Source of the DNA: an uncultured Acidimicrobiia bacterium
GTDB lineage: Bacteria; Actinomycetota; Acidimicrobiia; Spongiisociales; ZC4RG35
DNA length: 58,134 bases
Assembly: GCA_964195405.1 (NCBI GenBank)
Contig: CAXMPK010000048.1
Location: forward strand, 1 to 58,134
Direction of reading: 5' to 3'
The notes below the pieces were generated by a model that was given only the letters and a program-made list of their open reading frames with translations, was not told the DNA's origin and made no database searches. Numbering within the stretch: position 1 is the stretch's first letter; the number at the start of each line of letters is the position of its first letter. Positions 8,994 through 18,986 of this stretch are shown here, in pieces. The position numbers were made by a program, and so were the translations under genes.

Positions 8994-9043
8994 ATTGGTG
9001 CATGCTCAAAAACACGCGTGTCAAAGACCGGTAATCTCACCAC

Positions 9044-10384
9044 ATGCATGAAGATCTCAAGACGGCTGTCTCGGCCGATATGTCCCGTCTGAAGGACTTG
9101 CTCGCCGATTTGGTGCAAATGGAATCAGTGAGCGCGAACGGGTATGACCCAGCCGGTGTTCGCGATGCGGGCGAAGCCATCGTCGCGCTGCTCATCGAAG
9201 CCGGATACCAGAATGCTCAGCTATTGGAGAGCTCGCACGGTCACCCGGCGGTGTTTGCCGAATTGCCCGCACCCGAAGGAGCGCCAACGATCCTTCTGTA
9301 CGCCCATTACGACGTGCAGCCCCCGGGACCGATCGAGGAATGGAAGACAGGGCCGTTTGAGCCCTTCGAAAAGGATGGACGCATCTACGGTCGTGGCGCA
9401 AGCGACGACAAATCAGGGGTGGTGATGCATGTCGGTGCCATCGCCGCCCACGGCGAAGACCTGCCCGTAGGTGTTCAGATCTTCTTTGAAGGCGAGGAAG
9501 AGGCGGGCTCGGAGGGACTTGGTGAGATACTCGAGAATTACTCCGATCTGCTCAAACCCGATGTGATTGTCATCGGCGACGGTGGCAACTGGGAAGTCGG
9601 CGTGCCCGGATTCTTGGAACGGCTTCGCGGGATGGCCGGGGTAAAGCTCGAAGTGAGGACCCTGAACTCGGCAGTTCATTCCGGTCAATACGGCGGGGTG
9701 GTGCCCGACGCATTGATGACCCTGTCACGACTACTGGCAACGCTGCATGACGATGAGGGAACTGTGGCTGTGCCGGGATTGGTGAGTGAGGAGTACGAGA
9801 ACGACCTCGATTTCTCCGAAGAAAGGGCACGTTCAGAATCTGGTGCCATCGAAGGGTTGGAACTGATCGGAAGAGGATCGATCAAATCTCGCTTGTGGTC
9901 GAGGCCCTCGATTTCGATTCTCGCCATTGACGCCCCGCCGGTGGCCGAGGCGATCAATCAACTGGTGCCAGTGGCCAGTGCCAAAGTAAGTATGCGGATA
10001 CCACCAGGTCAGGACACCGACGCTGCCCTCGAGGCCTTGAAAACTCACCTCCGAGCCAACCTGCCTTGGGGAGCGGAACTCAATTTCTTCTACGAAGAAA
10101 CCGGTGATGCCACCACACTCGACACCAACAACTTCGCGGTGGATGCCTGGAAAGAAGCTTTCAAAGAAGCATATGGGGTCGACGCGGTGGCGATGGGTGC
10201 CGGTGGATCGATACCCTTCATCTCCACCTTCCGCCAGTTGTACCCAGAGGCACCGATCCTGGTGATCGGCTGTGGCGACCCAACCAGCTCAATCCATGCA
10301 CCCAATGAGAGTCAGGACATCGGCGACCTGGAGAAGACCACTCTGAGCGAAGCAATAGCATTTCGGTTGCTGGGCGCCGGCTGA
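9044..10384 (+). CDS. M20 family dipeptidase/peptidase
   Basis: 446 aa with M20 metal-site blocks: LLYAHYDVQPPG...GRIYGRGASDDKSG...FFEGEEEAGS. Confidence 0.9.
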   Translation: MHEDLKTAVSADMSRLKDLLADLVQMESVSANGYDPAGVRDAGEAIVALLIEAGYQNAQLLESSHGHPAVFAELPAPEGAPTILLYAHYDVQPPGPIEEWKTGPFEPFEKDGRIYGRGASDDKSGVVMHVGAIAAHGEDLPVGVQIFFEGEEEAGSEGLGEILENYSDLLKPDVIVIGDGGNWEVGVPGFLERLRGMAGVKLEVRTLNSAVHSGQYGGVVPDALMTLSRLLATLHDDEGTVAVPGLVSEEYENDLDFSEERARSESGAIEGLELIGRGSIKSRLWSRPSISILAIDAPPVAEAINQLVPVASAKVSMRIPPGQDTDAALEALKTHLRANLPWGAELNFFYEETGDATTLDTNNFAVDAWKEAFKEAYGVDAVAMGAGGSIPFISTFRQLYPEAPILVIGCGDPTSSIHAPNESQDIGDLEKTTLSEAIAFRLLGAG

Positions 10385-10479
10385 CACGTCGTGGCAGTGG
10401 TACGCACCGAAAGACGCCAGCAACGGGTGCACGGGTTCAGCCTGTTTTCGGTGCAAAGACGTCGACTGCTCTCGACCTA

Positions 10480-10662
10480 TTGGAATTAGCGGAACTCGCC
10501 TGGCATGACGTCTATGGAGAGATCTCTCCAGGCGAAGAGATTGTGGACGACATCCTTGTCGTCAGCCGAGGGACTCTCGACGGGCTGATCGGAGCGACGC
10601 GATTGGCAGTGATCGACTGGCGTGATCTCAAGATTGCCGCCGATGAGATACTCGAGGGCTAG
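10480..10662 (+). CDS. Hypothetical small acidic protein (60 aa), uncertain
   Basis: It is the only ORF fitting the 341-bp gap between convergent genes. It has a TTG start and no recognisable motif, though the composition is protein-like. Confidence 0.25.
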   Translation: MELAELAWHDVYGEISPGEEIVDDILVVSRGTLDGLIGATRLAVIDWRDLKIAADEILEG

Positions 10663-10725
10663 TGGGTGTCTCGTCATCGGTCCCATCGCCGATATGGTCG
10701 AAACGGATGTGGCCTCCCGACCGAG

Positions 10726-12291
10726 CTATGCCGTCGCCTCCTCGCGGTCACGCAACACCCTTCGCAGGATTTTTCCGGAGAGGGACTTCGGGATCTCGTC
10801 GATGAATTCCACTGCCCGGATCTGTTTGTAAGTGGCCACATGACCTGAAACGAACTCCATGATCTCTTCGGCGCTGGCCTCCTGGTCAGGCCTGAGCACG
10901 ACGAAGGCTTTCGGGACCTCACCAGATTCGGTGTCTGGAATCGGGATCACCGCCGAGTCGGCAACAGCCGGATGGGTCAGGAGCAAAGCCTCCAATTCGG
11001 CCGGCGCAACCTGGAATCCCTTGTATTTGATCAGCTCCTTGAGCCGATCGGTGATGTACCAATAGCCGTCTTCGTCGACTCGTCCGATATCACCGGTATG
11101 AAGCCAGCCATCGTCATCAATGGTCGCGCGGGTCGCTTCCGGATTGTTCAGGTAGCCATGCATGACCTGGGGCCCTTTGATCCAAATCTCACCTTCATCT
11201 CCAACCCCGAGATCAGAGCCGGTCTCTGGATCGACAACCCGGGCCTCGGTATTGGAAATGACAAACCCGATCGAACCGGAACGACCCTTGCCGGGTTGGG
11301 TCGCATGTGTCACCGGACTGGTTTCCGTCAGCCCATAACCTTGCACGACCTCGGCACCGACTCGCTCAGCAGCCTCGGCCTCGATCTCCCCGCCCAACGG
11401 TGCCGCTCCCGAAAAGACCTGCTTGACGCTCGACAAGTCGTACTGATCGACCATTGGGTGCTTGGCCAGCGCCAGGATGACCGGCGGAACCAGATAGAGC
11501 CGAGTCACTTTGTAGTCCTCGACAATCTTCAGAAACTCTGCCAAGTCAAACCTCGGCATGGTCACCGTTGTCGCTCCATTGAAAAGCACACCGTTCATGA
11601 GAATCTGCATCCCATAGATGTGAAAGAAGGGGAGAACAGCGACAATTACCTCGTCTTCGTCGAGTGTGGTGAAGTACTCACCCTGGGCAAGATTGGCAAC
11701 CAAATTCGCATGAGTGAGCATCACTCCCTTAGGCAGACCAGTGGTGCCGGAGGAGTACGGGAGAACCACAACATCGGAATCAGGGTTGATATCGGATGTC
11801 CCTGCAAACGGCTCAGCTGCCAACAGATCCGAAAAAGGCGTGGCCCCATCCGCGTCGCCGAGGACGAACAACTCTTCGACACCGGTGCCGATTGCGGCCT
11901 CACGAGCCGTTTCAAGAAACATCGGGATCGTCAGCAACAGCTTGGCCCCCGAGTCCCCGAGCTGAAAGCGAACCTCCTCGGCCGTATACGTCGGATTGAT
12001 AGTGGTTACCGCGCCGCCGGCTGTCGCCGCCCCGTGGAATGCGATGGCGTACTCGGGCAGGTTGGGGGCGAGGATGCCAAGAACGTCACCCGATCCAAAG
12101 CCTCGTGCTGCCAAACCTCCGGCGACCCGGTTTGTGGCTTCGGTGAGCTGACCGTAGGTGTAGCTGCGACCGGACAACCCATCGATGATGGCCGGCTTGC
12201 CTGCCAACTTCTCCGCGTGCCGGAAGACCATTGGTGTGATGGCTGACGTGGGGATCTCTACATCGGGCAACGGGCTGGAGAAACTGGCCAC
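10726..12291 (-). CDS. AMP-dependent acyl-CoA synthetase/ligase (4-coumarate-CoA ligase-like)
   Basis: Contains the AMP-binding motifs LPYSSGTTGLPKGV, GYGLTE, WLHTGD and PKSLSGKILRR. The start is trimmed to the GTG at 12291, which has an AAGGA RBS about 6 nt upstream. The track's longer N-terminus overlaps trmL and looks non-coding. Confidence 0.9.
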   Translation of the reverse strand: MASFSSPLPDVEIPTSAITPMVFRHAEKLAGKPAIIDGLSGRSYTYGQLTEATNRVAGGLAARGFGSGDVLGILAPNLPEYAIAFHGAATAGGAVTTINPTYTAEEVRFQLGDSGAKLLLTIPMFLETAREAAIGTGVEELFVLGDADGATPFSDLLAAEPFAGTSDINPDSDVVVLPYSSGTTGLPKGVMLTHANLVANLAQGEYFTTLDEDEVIVAVLPFFHIYGMQILMNGVLFNGATTVTMPRFDLAEFLKIVEDYKVTRLYLVPPVILALAKHPMVDQYDLSSVKQVFSGAAPLGGEIEAEAAERVGAEVVQGYGLTETSPVTHATQPGKGRSGSIGFVISNTEARVVDPETGSDLGVGDEGEIWIKGPQVMHGYLNNPEATRATIDDDGWLHTGDIGRVDEDGYWYITDRLKELIKYKGFQVAPAELEALLLTHPAVADSAVIPIPDTESGEVPKAFVVLRPDQEASAEEIMEFVSGHVATYKQIRAVEFIDEIPKSLSGKILRRVLRDREEATA

Positions 12292-12347
12292 AAAACATCC
12301 TTTCGTTGTCGTGCAGAGCAAACCTACTGAACTTGGCCGCACCATCG

Positions 12348-12812
12348 CTATCGACTGCCGCCGAAACCGTTCTGTCGCCAGGCCTCGTAGAGCACAATTG
12401 CAGCCGAGTTGGACAGATTGAGCGAGCGAACATCGGGCACCATGGGCAACCGGAGACGGGCATCGATCCACGCCAGACCCTGTACCTCGACGGGCAACCC
12501 CACAGACTCGGGGCCAAACAAGAAGACGTCACCGGGCCGATAAGCGACTTCCGTGTACAGGTCGTCACCATCGATAGTGAAAGCAAACACCCGGTCTGGC
12601 TTCTCTGACGATCGCCACGTATCCAGGCTGGAGTGGACCATGAAGGTGGCTTTGTCTCGATAATCCATACCGGCCCGACGCAACTTGGAATCGTCGAGAT
12701 CGAATCCCAGAGGTTCGATCAAGTGGAGTAGACAACCTGTGACTGCACAGAGACGCATCGCATTGCCGGTGTTGGGTGGGATCTCCGGCTGGTAGAAGAC
12801 CAGATTGAACAT
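12348..12812 (-). CDS. trmL: tRNA (cytidine/uridine-2'-O-)-methyltransferase TrmL (SpoU family)
   Basis: 154 aa. MFNLVFYQPEIPPNTGNAMRLC...LFGPESVGLP...RSLNLSNSAAIVLYEA is the typical TrmL pattern. Confidence 0.9.
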   Translation of the reverse strand: MFNLVFYQPEIPPNTGNAMRLCAVTGCLLHLIEPLGFDLDDSKLRRAGMDYRDKATFMVHSSLDTWRSSEKPDRVFAFTIDGDDLYTEVAYRPGDVFLFGPESVGLPVEVQGLAWIDARLRLPMVPDVRSLNLSNSAAIVLYEAWRQNGFGGSR

Positions 12813-12814
12813 GG

Positions 12815-13483
12815 TCAGCGAATGTCGAAGAGACGCAGCTCGGTGTCTTCGACCTCCCGAAGACCTTCGTAGTCGACCTCAATCGATTCGATGCCCCGAG
12901 CCTCGGCGAGAACATTCGCCTGGGGTGCGATCGACTGCGCCGCAAATATGCCACGCACCGGGGCCAAGCGGGGGTCAAGGTTGAGACGCTCCAGATATCG
13001 CACCAATTGTTCAACCCCATCGATCTCGCCTTTTCGTTTGATCTCGACGGCGACAGTCCCCTTGTCGGCGTCAGCGCAGAGAAGATCCACCGGGCCAATA
13101 TCGGTTGGGTACTCACGGCGGATCAAAGTGAGACCCTCCTCGAGCACCCACGGGTTGGCTGCCAACAGCTCCTGGAGATGAGCTTCGACACCGTCCTTTT
13201 CCAATCCGGGATCCTCACCGAGGTCGTACGTGACATCCTCCAGGATCTCAGTGATCCAAATCGTCAGCTGCTCCCCCTTGTTGTTAGTCACCACCCAGCG
13301 ATCGTCCCGGATTTCCACCACGTTGGGGGCAACCATCCAATTCAAGGGCTTGGAAGCGTTTCCATCGGAATGGACCGCAAGGGTGCCATCAGCTTTGACC
13401 ATGATCAGGCGTGTGGCTTCTGGAAGATGGGCGTCGAGCCGACCGGAATAGTCGACGCTGCAACGGGCAATGACCAGTCTCAC
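12815..13483 (-). CDS. nucS: Endonuclease NucS (EndoMS)
   Basis: [32 protein letters not shown]...[21 protein letters not shown] matches NucS. The GTG start at 13483 overlaps the upstream MFS stop (GTGA). Confidence 0.9.
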   Translation of the reverse strand: MRLVIARCSVDYSGRLDAHLPEATRLIMVKADGTLAVHSDGNASKPLNWMVAPNVVEIRDDRWVVTNNKGEQLTIWITEILEDVTYDLGEDPGLEKDGVEAHLQELLAANPWVLEEGLTLIRREYPTDIGPVDLLCADADKGTVAVEIKRKGEIDGVEQLVRYLERLNLDPRLAPVRGIFAAQSIAPQANVLAEARGIESIEVDYEGLREVEDTELRLFDIR

Positions 13484-14655
13484 GAATTTGAGACGGTAGC
13501 TCCGGCCGGAATCTTGCCGGCGATCAACACGCAAGCAATCAGGAGGACGGTCGTTGCCAGCCATCCCTTCTGATAGGAGCCGTAGAAGTCAACTGAGAGC
13601 CCCATGAGAGGAGCGCCCCCGGCAAGGCCAAGCAGGAATCCGAGAAGGACTGTCCCGGTGCCTTTGCCGATCATCCCCCGCGGTGATAGATCCATAACCG
13701 CCAACATCCCAACAGCATTCCAAGCAATCACCCCGGCCCCAAAGAGAACAGCTGCCGGAACGAGCACCCATGAGTCGAGGATGCCACCAGCCGCCATTGC
13801 GAGAAGCACAGGAGCGACGGCCGAGAGAGCCGCGACAATACGAAGGGTTCGACCGTGACCAAGCGATCTCTCGCTGTACCTGGGCCACAGAATTCGAGCG
13901 GGCACCCCGATCAGGCCGACAACCGCAACCAACGAGCCGGCAGCTCGGGGAGACCAAAGCTGGTCTTCCTCAGCAAACAAGGGGAGGAACCCAAATATGG
14001 CTGATGTCGCCAGACCCGACAGAAAACCGTAAATAGCGATCCATCGAACAGCCTTTGGGATGGATGCGTGGCCGTCCTCATAGCTAGCACGCTCACTCGA
14101 CTCACTGTGCCGGCGCCACATGCCTGCCAATCCAAGCAACGGAATGATCAAGAACCCGAGGACGGCGACCCGCCAGTTCCAAAGCACTGCCAGCGCAGGA
14201 ATCAGCAAACCTCCAAGGAAGGTCCCGACTTGCACTCCTGACTGCTTGACACCGGTGACGATGCCGCGGGCGCCGGCAGGAACATTGTCAGCGATCAGCG
14301 TATTGGTCGCCGGATTAGACCAACCGTTTGGAATCCCAGACAGCAACGCGGCCGACAAGAGCACCGGGTATGTCGGTGCCGAAGCAAGGGCAGTCAAGGT
14401 CACCATTCCGATGATCAGAACCGATCTCGTAGCCACGACAGCACCGATTCGATCGGTGAGCCTTCCGAGTGTCGGAGACACCAGCGCACCGACCAACGCC
14501 GTTGCGGTTACCAGCAAACCAAGCTGGGCTCGGGTGATCTCGAACTCACCTATCAGGTCGCCGGCTAGAACACTCAAAACGACAATCGGAAATGTGGCGA
14601 TGGCCATGGTGGCCGCGGCGACCGCGCCGATGACCGGTCGAGAGTAAGACCGCAT
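13480..14655 (-). CDS. MFS transporter
   Basis: 391 aa with about 12 TM helices and the MFS loop motif GRLTDRIG. Confidence 0.85.
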   Translation of the reverse strand: MRSYSRPVIGAVAAATMAIATFPIVVLSVLAGDLIGEFEITRAQLGLLVTATALVGALVSPTLGRLTDRIGAVVATRSVLIIGMVTLTALASAPTYPVLLSAALLSGIPNGWSNPATNTLIADNVPAGARGIVTGVKQSGVQVGTFLGGLLIPALAVLWNWRVAVLGFLIIPLLGLAGMWRRHSESSERASYEDGHASIPKAVRWIAIYGFLSGLATSAIFGFLPLFAEEDQLWSPRAAGSLVAVVGLIGVPARILWPRYSERSLGHGRTLRIVAALSAVAPVLLAMAAGGILDSWVLVPAAVLFGAGVIAWNAVGMLAVMDLSPRGMIGKGTGTVLLGFLLGLAGGAPLMGLSVDFYGSYQKGWLATTVLLIACVLIAGKIPAGATVSNS

Positions 14656-14691
14656 CGGTAGGAAGTTAACGAACGACTTGACGAACGGGAT

Positions 14692-15123
14692 TCAGACGAT
14701 GACGTCGGCCGCCCTGGTGGGACGGCTGAACACGAACCAGAAGGCATACCCACCAACTGCAACAAGGATCAGACGTATCACCGTCAGATCGGTGAGCAGA
14801 AAACCGGAAACGCCAAGCGACAAGGCGATTGCCACAACAGCAATCCACTTCATCCGCATGGTGAGTCCGTATTCGCGGTATCCCCGGATGATCTTGCCGA
14901 AATAGCGATGATTGAGCATCCAATCATGCATCCGGTCAGACGACATCGAGAAGAAAAAGGCTGCAAGAAGAACCAGATCGAACGTGGGGATACCAGGCAG
15001 ATAGCTGATCGGGATCAAGCCGAGACATACAAACCCGAGCACAAAGAAGAGACCTCGGAGAATCGGGTTCCGCTCCTTGGCCGATATCGTTCCGGGCGCG
15101 TGGGCTTTGGCCGGCTGTGCCAC
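14692..15123 (-). CDS. YbaN family (DUF454) inner membrane protein
   Basis: LPGIPTFDLVLLAAFFFSMSSDRMHDWMLNHRYFGKIIRGYRE is the DUF454 signature. Confidence 0.8.
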   Translation of the reverse strand: MAQPAKAHAPGTISAKERNPILRGLFFVLGFVCLGLIPISYLPGIPTFDLVLLAAFFFSMSSDRMHDWMLNHRYFGKIIRGYREYGLTMRMKWIAVVAIALSLGVSGFLLTDLTVIRLILVAVGGYAFWFVFSRPTRAADVIV

Positions 15124-15210
15124 GTCTTCAAGCTATCGAGGGGCGATGGCGACACCCAGTCGACAAAGCCGACTACCTTGCCCCAAACTCGCAGAATATG
15201 GAGACAACGG

Positions 15211-16242
15211 GTGCCCATCGCCACACCTGACAAGTACCGGGAGATGCTCGATTCGGCTCGGAGCAACGGCTTTGCGCTGCCTGCTATCAACGTCACCTCC
15301 TCAACGACGATGCTCGCCGCCTTCGAGGGCTTCAGTGAGGCCGAGTCCGACGGAATCGTCCAAGTGTCGTATGGAGGCGGCGAATTCGCCTCAGGACAAT
15401 CAAACAATGACATGGCCGTGGGTGCCCATGCCCTGGCCGAGTTCGCTGAAGTGGTGGCGCCCCAATATCCGGCGGTAATCGCTCTCCACACCGACCACTG
15501 CCCGGCGGGTCGGGTTGATGGCCTTATTCGCCCCCTCCTCGCTCTCAGCGCCGAACGTCGCCGTGCCGGTCAAGGTCCGGTGTTCCAGAGTCACATGCTC
15601 GATGCCTCATCGCTTCCGATGGAGGAAAACTTGGCCATCGCCGACGAGCTGCTCGATCTCTGTGCCGATCTCGACATCGTTCTCGAGTTGGAGATTGGGA
15701 TCGTTGGCGGTGTCGAAGATGCAACAGACAATGAAGACATCGATCGGTCCAAGCTGTACACATCTCCCGAAGACATGGTTCGAGTATCCGAAGTCTTGGG
15801 TACCTTTGACCGGGGCCGATATCTGCTGGCTGCCGTCTTTGGCAACGTCCACGGTGTCTACAAACCGGGGGCGGTTCAACTCGACCCGAAAATCCTCAGG
15901 GATGGCCAGGCCGCCGTTGCCGGGCGCTTTGGTGACGAGGCCCGGCACTTCCTCGTGTTCCACGGTGGCAGCGGATCGACACTCGAAGAGGTACATGAGG
16001 CCATCAGCTATGGGGTGATCAAGATGAACGTGGACACCGACACCCAATATGCCTACACACGCCCGATCGTCGACCACATGATGAATAACTACGATGGTGT
16101 CCTCAAGATCGATGGAGACGTCGGGAAGAAGAAGGCCTACGACCCACGGTCATACATGAGAAGTGCTGAAACCGGGATGGCTTCGAGGGTGGTCGAGGCA
16201 GCCGAAATGCTGATGTCAGCAGGAAAGACCGTCGGTGACTGA
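15211..16242 (+). CDS. fba: Class II fructose-bisphosphate aldolase
   Basis: PIATPDKYREMLDSARSNGFALPAINVTS...ALHTDHC...VFHGGSGS are class II FBA blocks. The GTG start at 15211 has a GGAGA RBS 6 nt upstream. The track's longer N-terminus overlaps the divergent gene. Confidence 0.9.
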   Translation: MPIATPDKYREMLDSARSNGFALPAINVTSSTTMLAAFEGFSEAESDGIVQVSYGGGEFASGQSNNDMAVGAHALAEFAEVVAPQYPAVIALHTDHCPAGRVDGLIRPLLALSAERRRAGQGPVFQSHMLDASSLPMEENLAIADELLDLCADLDIVLELEIGIVGGVEDATDNEDIDRSKLYTSPEDMVRVSEVLGTFDRGRYLLAAVFGNVHGVYKPGAVQLDPKILRDGQAAVAGRFGDEARHFLVFHGGSGSTLEEVHEAISYGVIKMNVDTDTQYAYTRPIVDHMMNNYDGVLKIDGDVGKKKAYDPRSYMRSAETGMASRVVEAAEMLMSAGKTVGD

Positions 16243-16248
16243 TCGCTG

Positions 16249-17598
16249 ATGGACCCGAGACACCAGACTTGGATCTCTTCTGATCGCTTTGTTCCAAAGA
16301 CGTTTGTCAGACCATTCGTCCGCTTCAGCCGGATTGAGGCCGCATCGGGGATCGTGCTGCTCATCGCAGCCGTCGCTGCGATCGTTTGGGCGAACAGCGC
16401 CTTCTCTGATACCTACTTCTCCATTCTCGAAGAGCGCGTCAGTATCGAGATTGCTGGATTTCATCTCAACGAATCGGTATTGGAGATCATCAATGACGGG
16501 CTGATGGCGATCTTTTTCTTCGTCGTCGGCCTGGAGATCAAACGCGAACTCGTACTTGGGGACCTTCGCGACCCCCGCGCCGCCGCATTGCCCGTGATGG
16601 GGGCACTGGGCGGAATGCTCCTCCCGGCCTTGATCTATATCTTCATCAATGTTGGCGAAGGCGGTGAAGCGATCAGAGGGTGGGGGATCCCGATGGCCAC
16701 TGATATCGCTTTCGCACTTGGAATTGTCGCCCTTCTCGGATCTAGGGTGCCCCCCGGCGCCAAATTGTTCCTGCTAGCGGTTGCGATCACCGACGACATT
16801 GGTGCCATCGCCGTAATTGCCATTTTCTACACCGAAGAGCTCAATACCGGTTACCTGGCCGCCGCCATCGTCGGGCTGATAGCAGTTTGGATTGCAAACA
16901 AGGTCGGGGTCCGATCATTGGTCTTCTACGTTCCGGTCGCCCTCGCTATCTGGTATTTCACCCTCGAATCGGGTGTCCACGCGACCCTCGCAGGTGTTGC
17001 CCTGGCCTTCCTTACTCCCGCCCGGCCTCACTATTCGCCGGATACCATGGACGAGAAGACGAGGGCGATAATCGATCAGTACCCGTCTGAGATCAATAAC
17101 CATCACGACCAGGAACATGCAGACCACGAAGCTCTCCTGCTGAGCGAAATCGCTCGTGAGTCGGTGTCCCCACTGAACCGGATGGAACTGAGCCTGGTCG
17201 CCTGGAGTTCTTTCCTAATCGTTCCCATATTCGCCCTGGCCAATGCCGGGGTGAACTTTCGGGAGATTGGCTTCACCGATGCGATGGGGTCGACTGTTGC
17301 CCTCGGTGTAACGGCTGGTCTCGTAGTGGGCAAACTCATCGGAATCACCGGATTCACCTGGGCGGCAGTCAGGCTGAACATCGGCAGGCTGCCACCAGGG
17401 ACGGGTTGGGGGCATATCGTCGGGCTCTCGGCAGTCGCTGGGATCGGTTTCACAGTCTCGCTGTTCGTGGCCGGACTCGCCTTCACCGACCCCCACCTAA
17501 CCGATCTCGCCAAGGTGGGAATATTCGCCGGATCTGTTGTGTCCGGTGTCGTCGGAACTGTGGTGCTGCTACTTGCCAAACCGCCGAGCGACCTATGA
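16249..17598 (+). CDS. nhaA: Na+/H+ antiporter NhaA
   Basis: 449 aa. INDGLMAIFFFVVGLEIKRE and PMATDIAFALG...LLAVAITDDIGAI are NhaA signatures. Confidence 0.9.
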   Translation: MDPRHQTWISSDRFVPKTFVRPFVRFSRIEAASGIVLLIAAVAAIVWANSAFSDTYFSILEERVSIEIAGFHLNESVLEIINDGLMAIFFFVVGLEIKRELVLGDLRDPRAAALPVMGALGGMLLPALIYIFINVGEGGEAIRGWGIPMATDIAFALGIVALLGSRVPPGAKLFLLAVAITDDIGAIAVIAIFYTEELNTGYLAAAIVGLIAVWIANKVGVRSLVFYVPVALAIWYFTLESGVHATLAGVALAFLTPARPHYSPDTMDEKTRAIIDQYPSEINNHHDQEHADHEALLLSEIARESVSPLNRMELSLVAWSSFLIVPIFALANAGVNFREIGFTDAMGSTVALGVTAGLVVGKLIGITGFTWAAVRLNIGRLPPGTGWGHIVGLSAVAGIGFTVSLFVAGLAFTDPHLTDLAKVGIFAGSVVSGVVGTVVLLLAKPPSDL

Positions 17599-17765
17599 AT
17601 CGACCCCCACCCACAATCAACTGTGTTGAGTGCGGGGGAACGGCTCATCTGCTCAGCTTCCTGCCCCCGGACGACGAGCCCGTCGAGGAAGGAACACCGA
17701 TCGCTTATCGTTGCGCTGACTGTCTGGATCGTTTCGACCTGGTCTGGGTAACCGACGAGGACTGA
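17595..17765 (+). CDS. Small zinc-ribbon-like protein (56 aa)
   Basis: The ATG overlaps the nhaA stop (ATGA at 17595-17598). It carries two CxxC pairs: CVECGG...CADCLD. Confidence 0.45.
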   Translation: MNRPPPTINCVECGGTAHLLSFLPPDDEPVEEGTPIAYRCADCLDRFDLVWVTDED

Positions 17766-17775
17766 CTCCAGACGG

Positions 17776-18648
17776 TCATTCAGCCCAGCGGTGCACCCTG
17801 ATCGCTCCGGCGTCAAAATGACGTTCGTCGCAAAAGGCGAGGAAGCGATCCTTCGGAACCCCTAGCCACTCGATGTCCGACAAGTCCTCCTCGAAGGGAA
17901 TGTCCAAACGTAGGGTGGTCAACTCCCTGTACAAGTACACCTCGTCTTGCATCTCATTGAAGGTCGCCGACAACTTGGCAGCACTTCTAACCGTGACCTC
18001 CCACTCGTCGACTGCCGGGGGGATCATCTCCAATCTCCCGTAACGAGCCAACAATGTCGAAGCCGACTTGGCACCCCAGCCCGGCAAACCGGGCACTCCG
18101 TCAGCGGTGTCACCGACCAGAGCGAGGTAGTCAGGAATCGACTCTGGATGGATGCCAAACTTGGCGACAACTCCCTCCTCGTCGACGATCCTCTCTTCCC
18201 GTCGGTTGTAGGTGACGATGCGTTGGCCGAGAACGACCTGACTCAGATCCTTGTCCGGCGTGGCGATGACCACCTGGTCCACATCCTCAACCCAACGTAT
18301 CGCGGCGGCCGCCAACAAATCGTCTGCCTCCACCTCTATACCCTGCCAAACCACCACGCCAATCGCTTCGAGGGCCTTCTCCGCATAAGGAAACTGGGCT
18401 AAAAGCTCCTCGTCCATCCCAATCGACGATTTGTAGCCAAGAAACATGTCGTTGCGGAACGACTCGATCACTGTGTCGAAACACGCTGCCAAGTGGGTTA
18501 CACCGGGTTCGCGGAGCAGCGCCAACGTCGACTCGAGAATCCCCAAGGTCGCCCTGATGTCGGTGCCGTCAGGTCCGGGGACCGTGTCCTTCCGGCCGAA
18601 GTGGGAACGGAAGAGTTCATAGGTACCATCGAGTAGGTGGAGACGCAC
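17776..18648 (-). CDS. 5'-3' exonuclease (FEN/Pol I N-terminal-like)
   Basis: MRLHLLDGTYELFR..., IATPDKDLSQ and H3TH-type GDTADGVPGLPGWGAKSA are present. Confidence 0.85.
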   Translation of the reverse strand: MRLHLLDGTYELFRSHFGRKDTVPGPDGTDIRATLGILESTLALLREPGVTHLAACFDTVIESFRNDMFLGYKSSIGMDEELLAQFPYAEKALEAIGVVVWQGIEVEADDLLAAAAIRWVEDVDQVVIATPDKDLSQVVLGQRIVTYNRREERIVDEEGVVAKFGIHPESIPDYLALVGDTADGVPGLPGWGAKSASTLLARYGRLEMIPPAVDEWEVTVRSAAKLSATFNEMQDEVYLYRELTTLRLDIPFEEDLSDIEWLGVPKDRFLAFCDERHFDAGAIRVHRWAE

Positions 18649-18975
18649 GATCCAGATCCTACGACCGAATCACCGAGCGACCCCTGGGATTCGGCGACAG
18701 CCGAGTTCAGTGGAATCGGACGCCGCATCAAGGAGACCTATCGAAAGGTCGCCGACGACCGCGGACCGTCTGAAGAGGAGATCAAGCAAGCCTTTTCCAC
18801 TCTGGCTGGTGCCTGGGATCAAGTGGCCGAGTCGGTCACTGCTGCTCTCAAGGATCCGGCCATCAGAGAGCAACTCAAGAATGCGGTTGGATCATTCGCC
18901 TCAGCCGTCGGATCTACAGTCACCGATCTCGGCTCGGAGTTGCGCAGAGACACCACTGTCACCGAGGAGGAGTGA
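18637..18975 (+). CDS. Hypothetical protein
   Basis: 112 aa with plausible helical, protein-like sequence. Its only in-frame start (GTG) overlaps the divergent exonuclease start by 12 nt. Confidence 0.45.
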   Translation: METHDPDPTTESPSDPWDSATAEFSGIGRRIKETYRKVADDRGPSEEEIKQAFSTLAGAWDQVAESVTAALKDPAIREQLKNAVGSFASAVGSTVTDLGSELRRDTTVTEEE

Positions 18976-18986
18976 GCTGGTGACTA

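Noticed and set aside
10972-12246. A 424-aa ORF on the plus strand, plus similar long ORFs at 8319..9092, 7380..8213, 37236..37946, 38247..38939, 52037..52588, 53895..54449 and 55111..55710
   Set aside because: Each lies antisense to a gene with clear family motifs. Their translations are Arg/Pro/Gly-rich and low-complexity, as expected for shadow ORFs in high-GC DNA.
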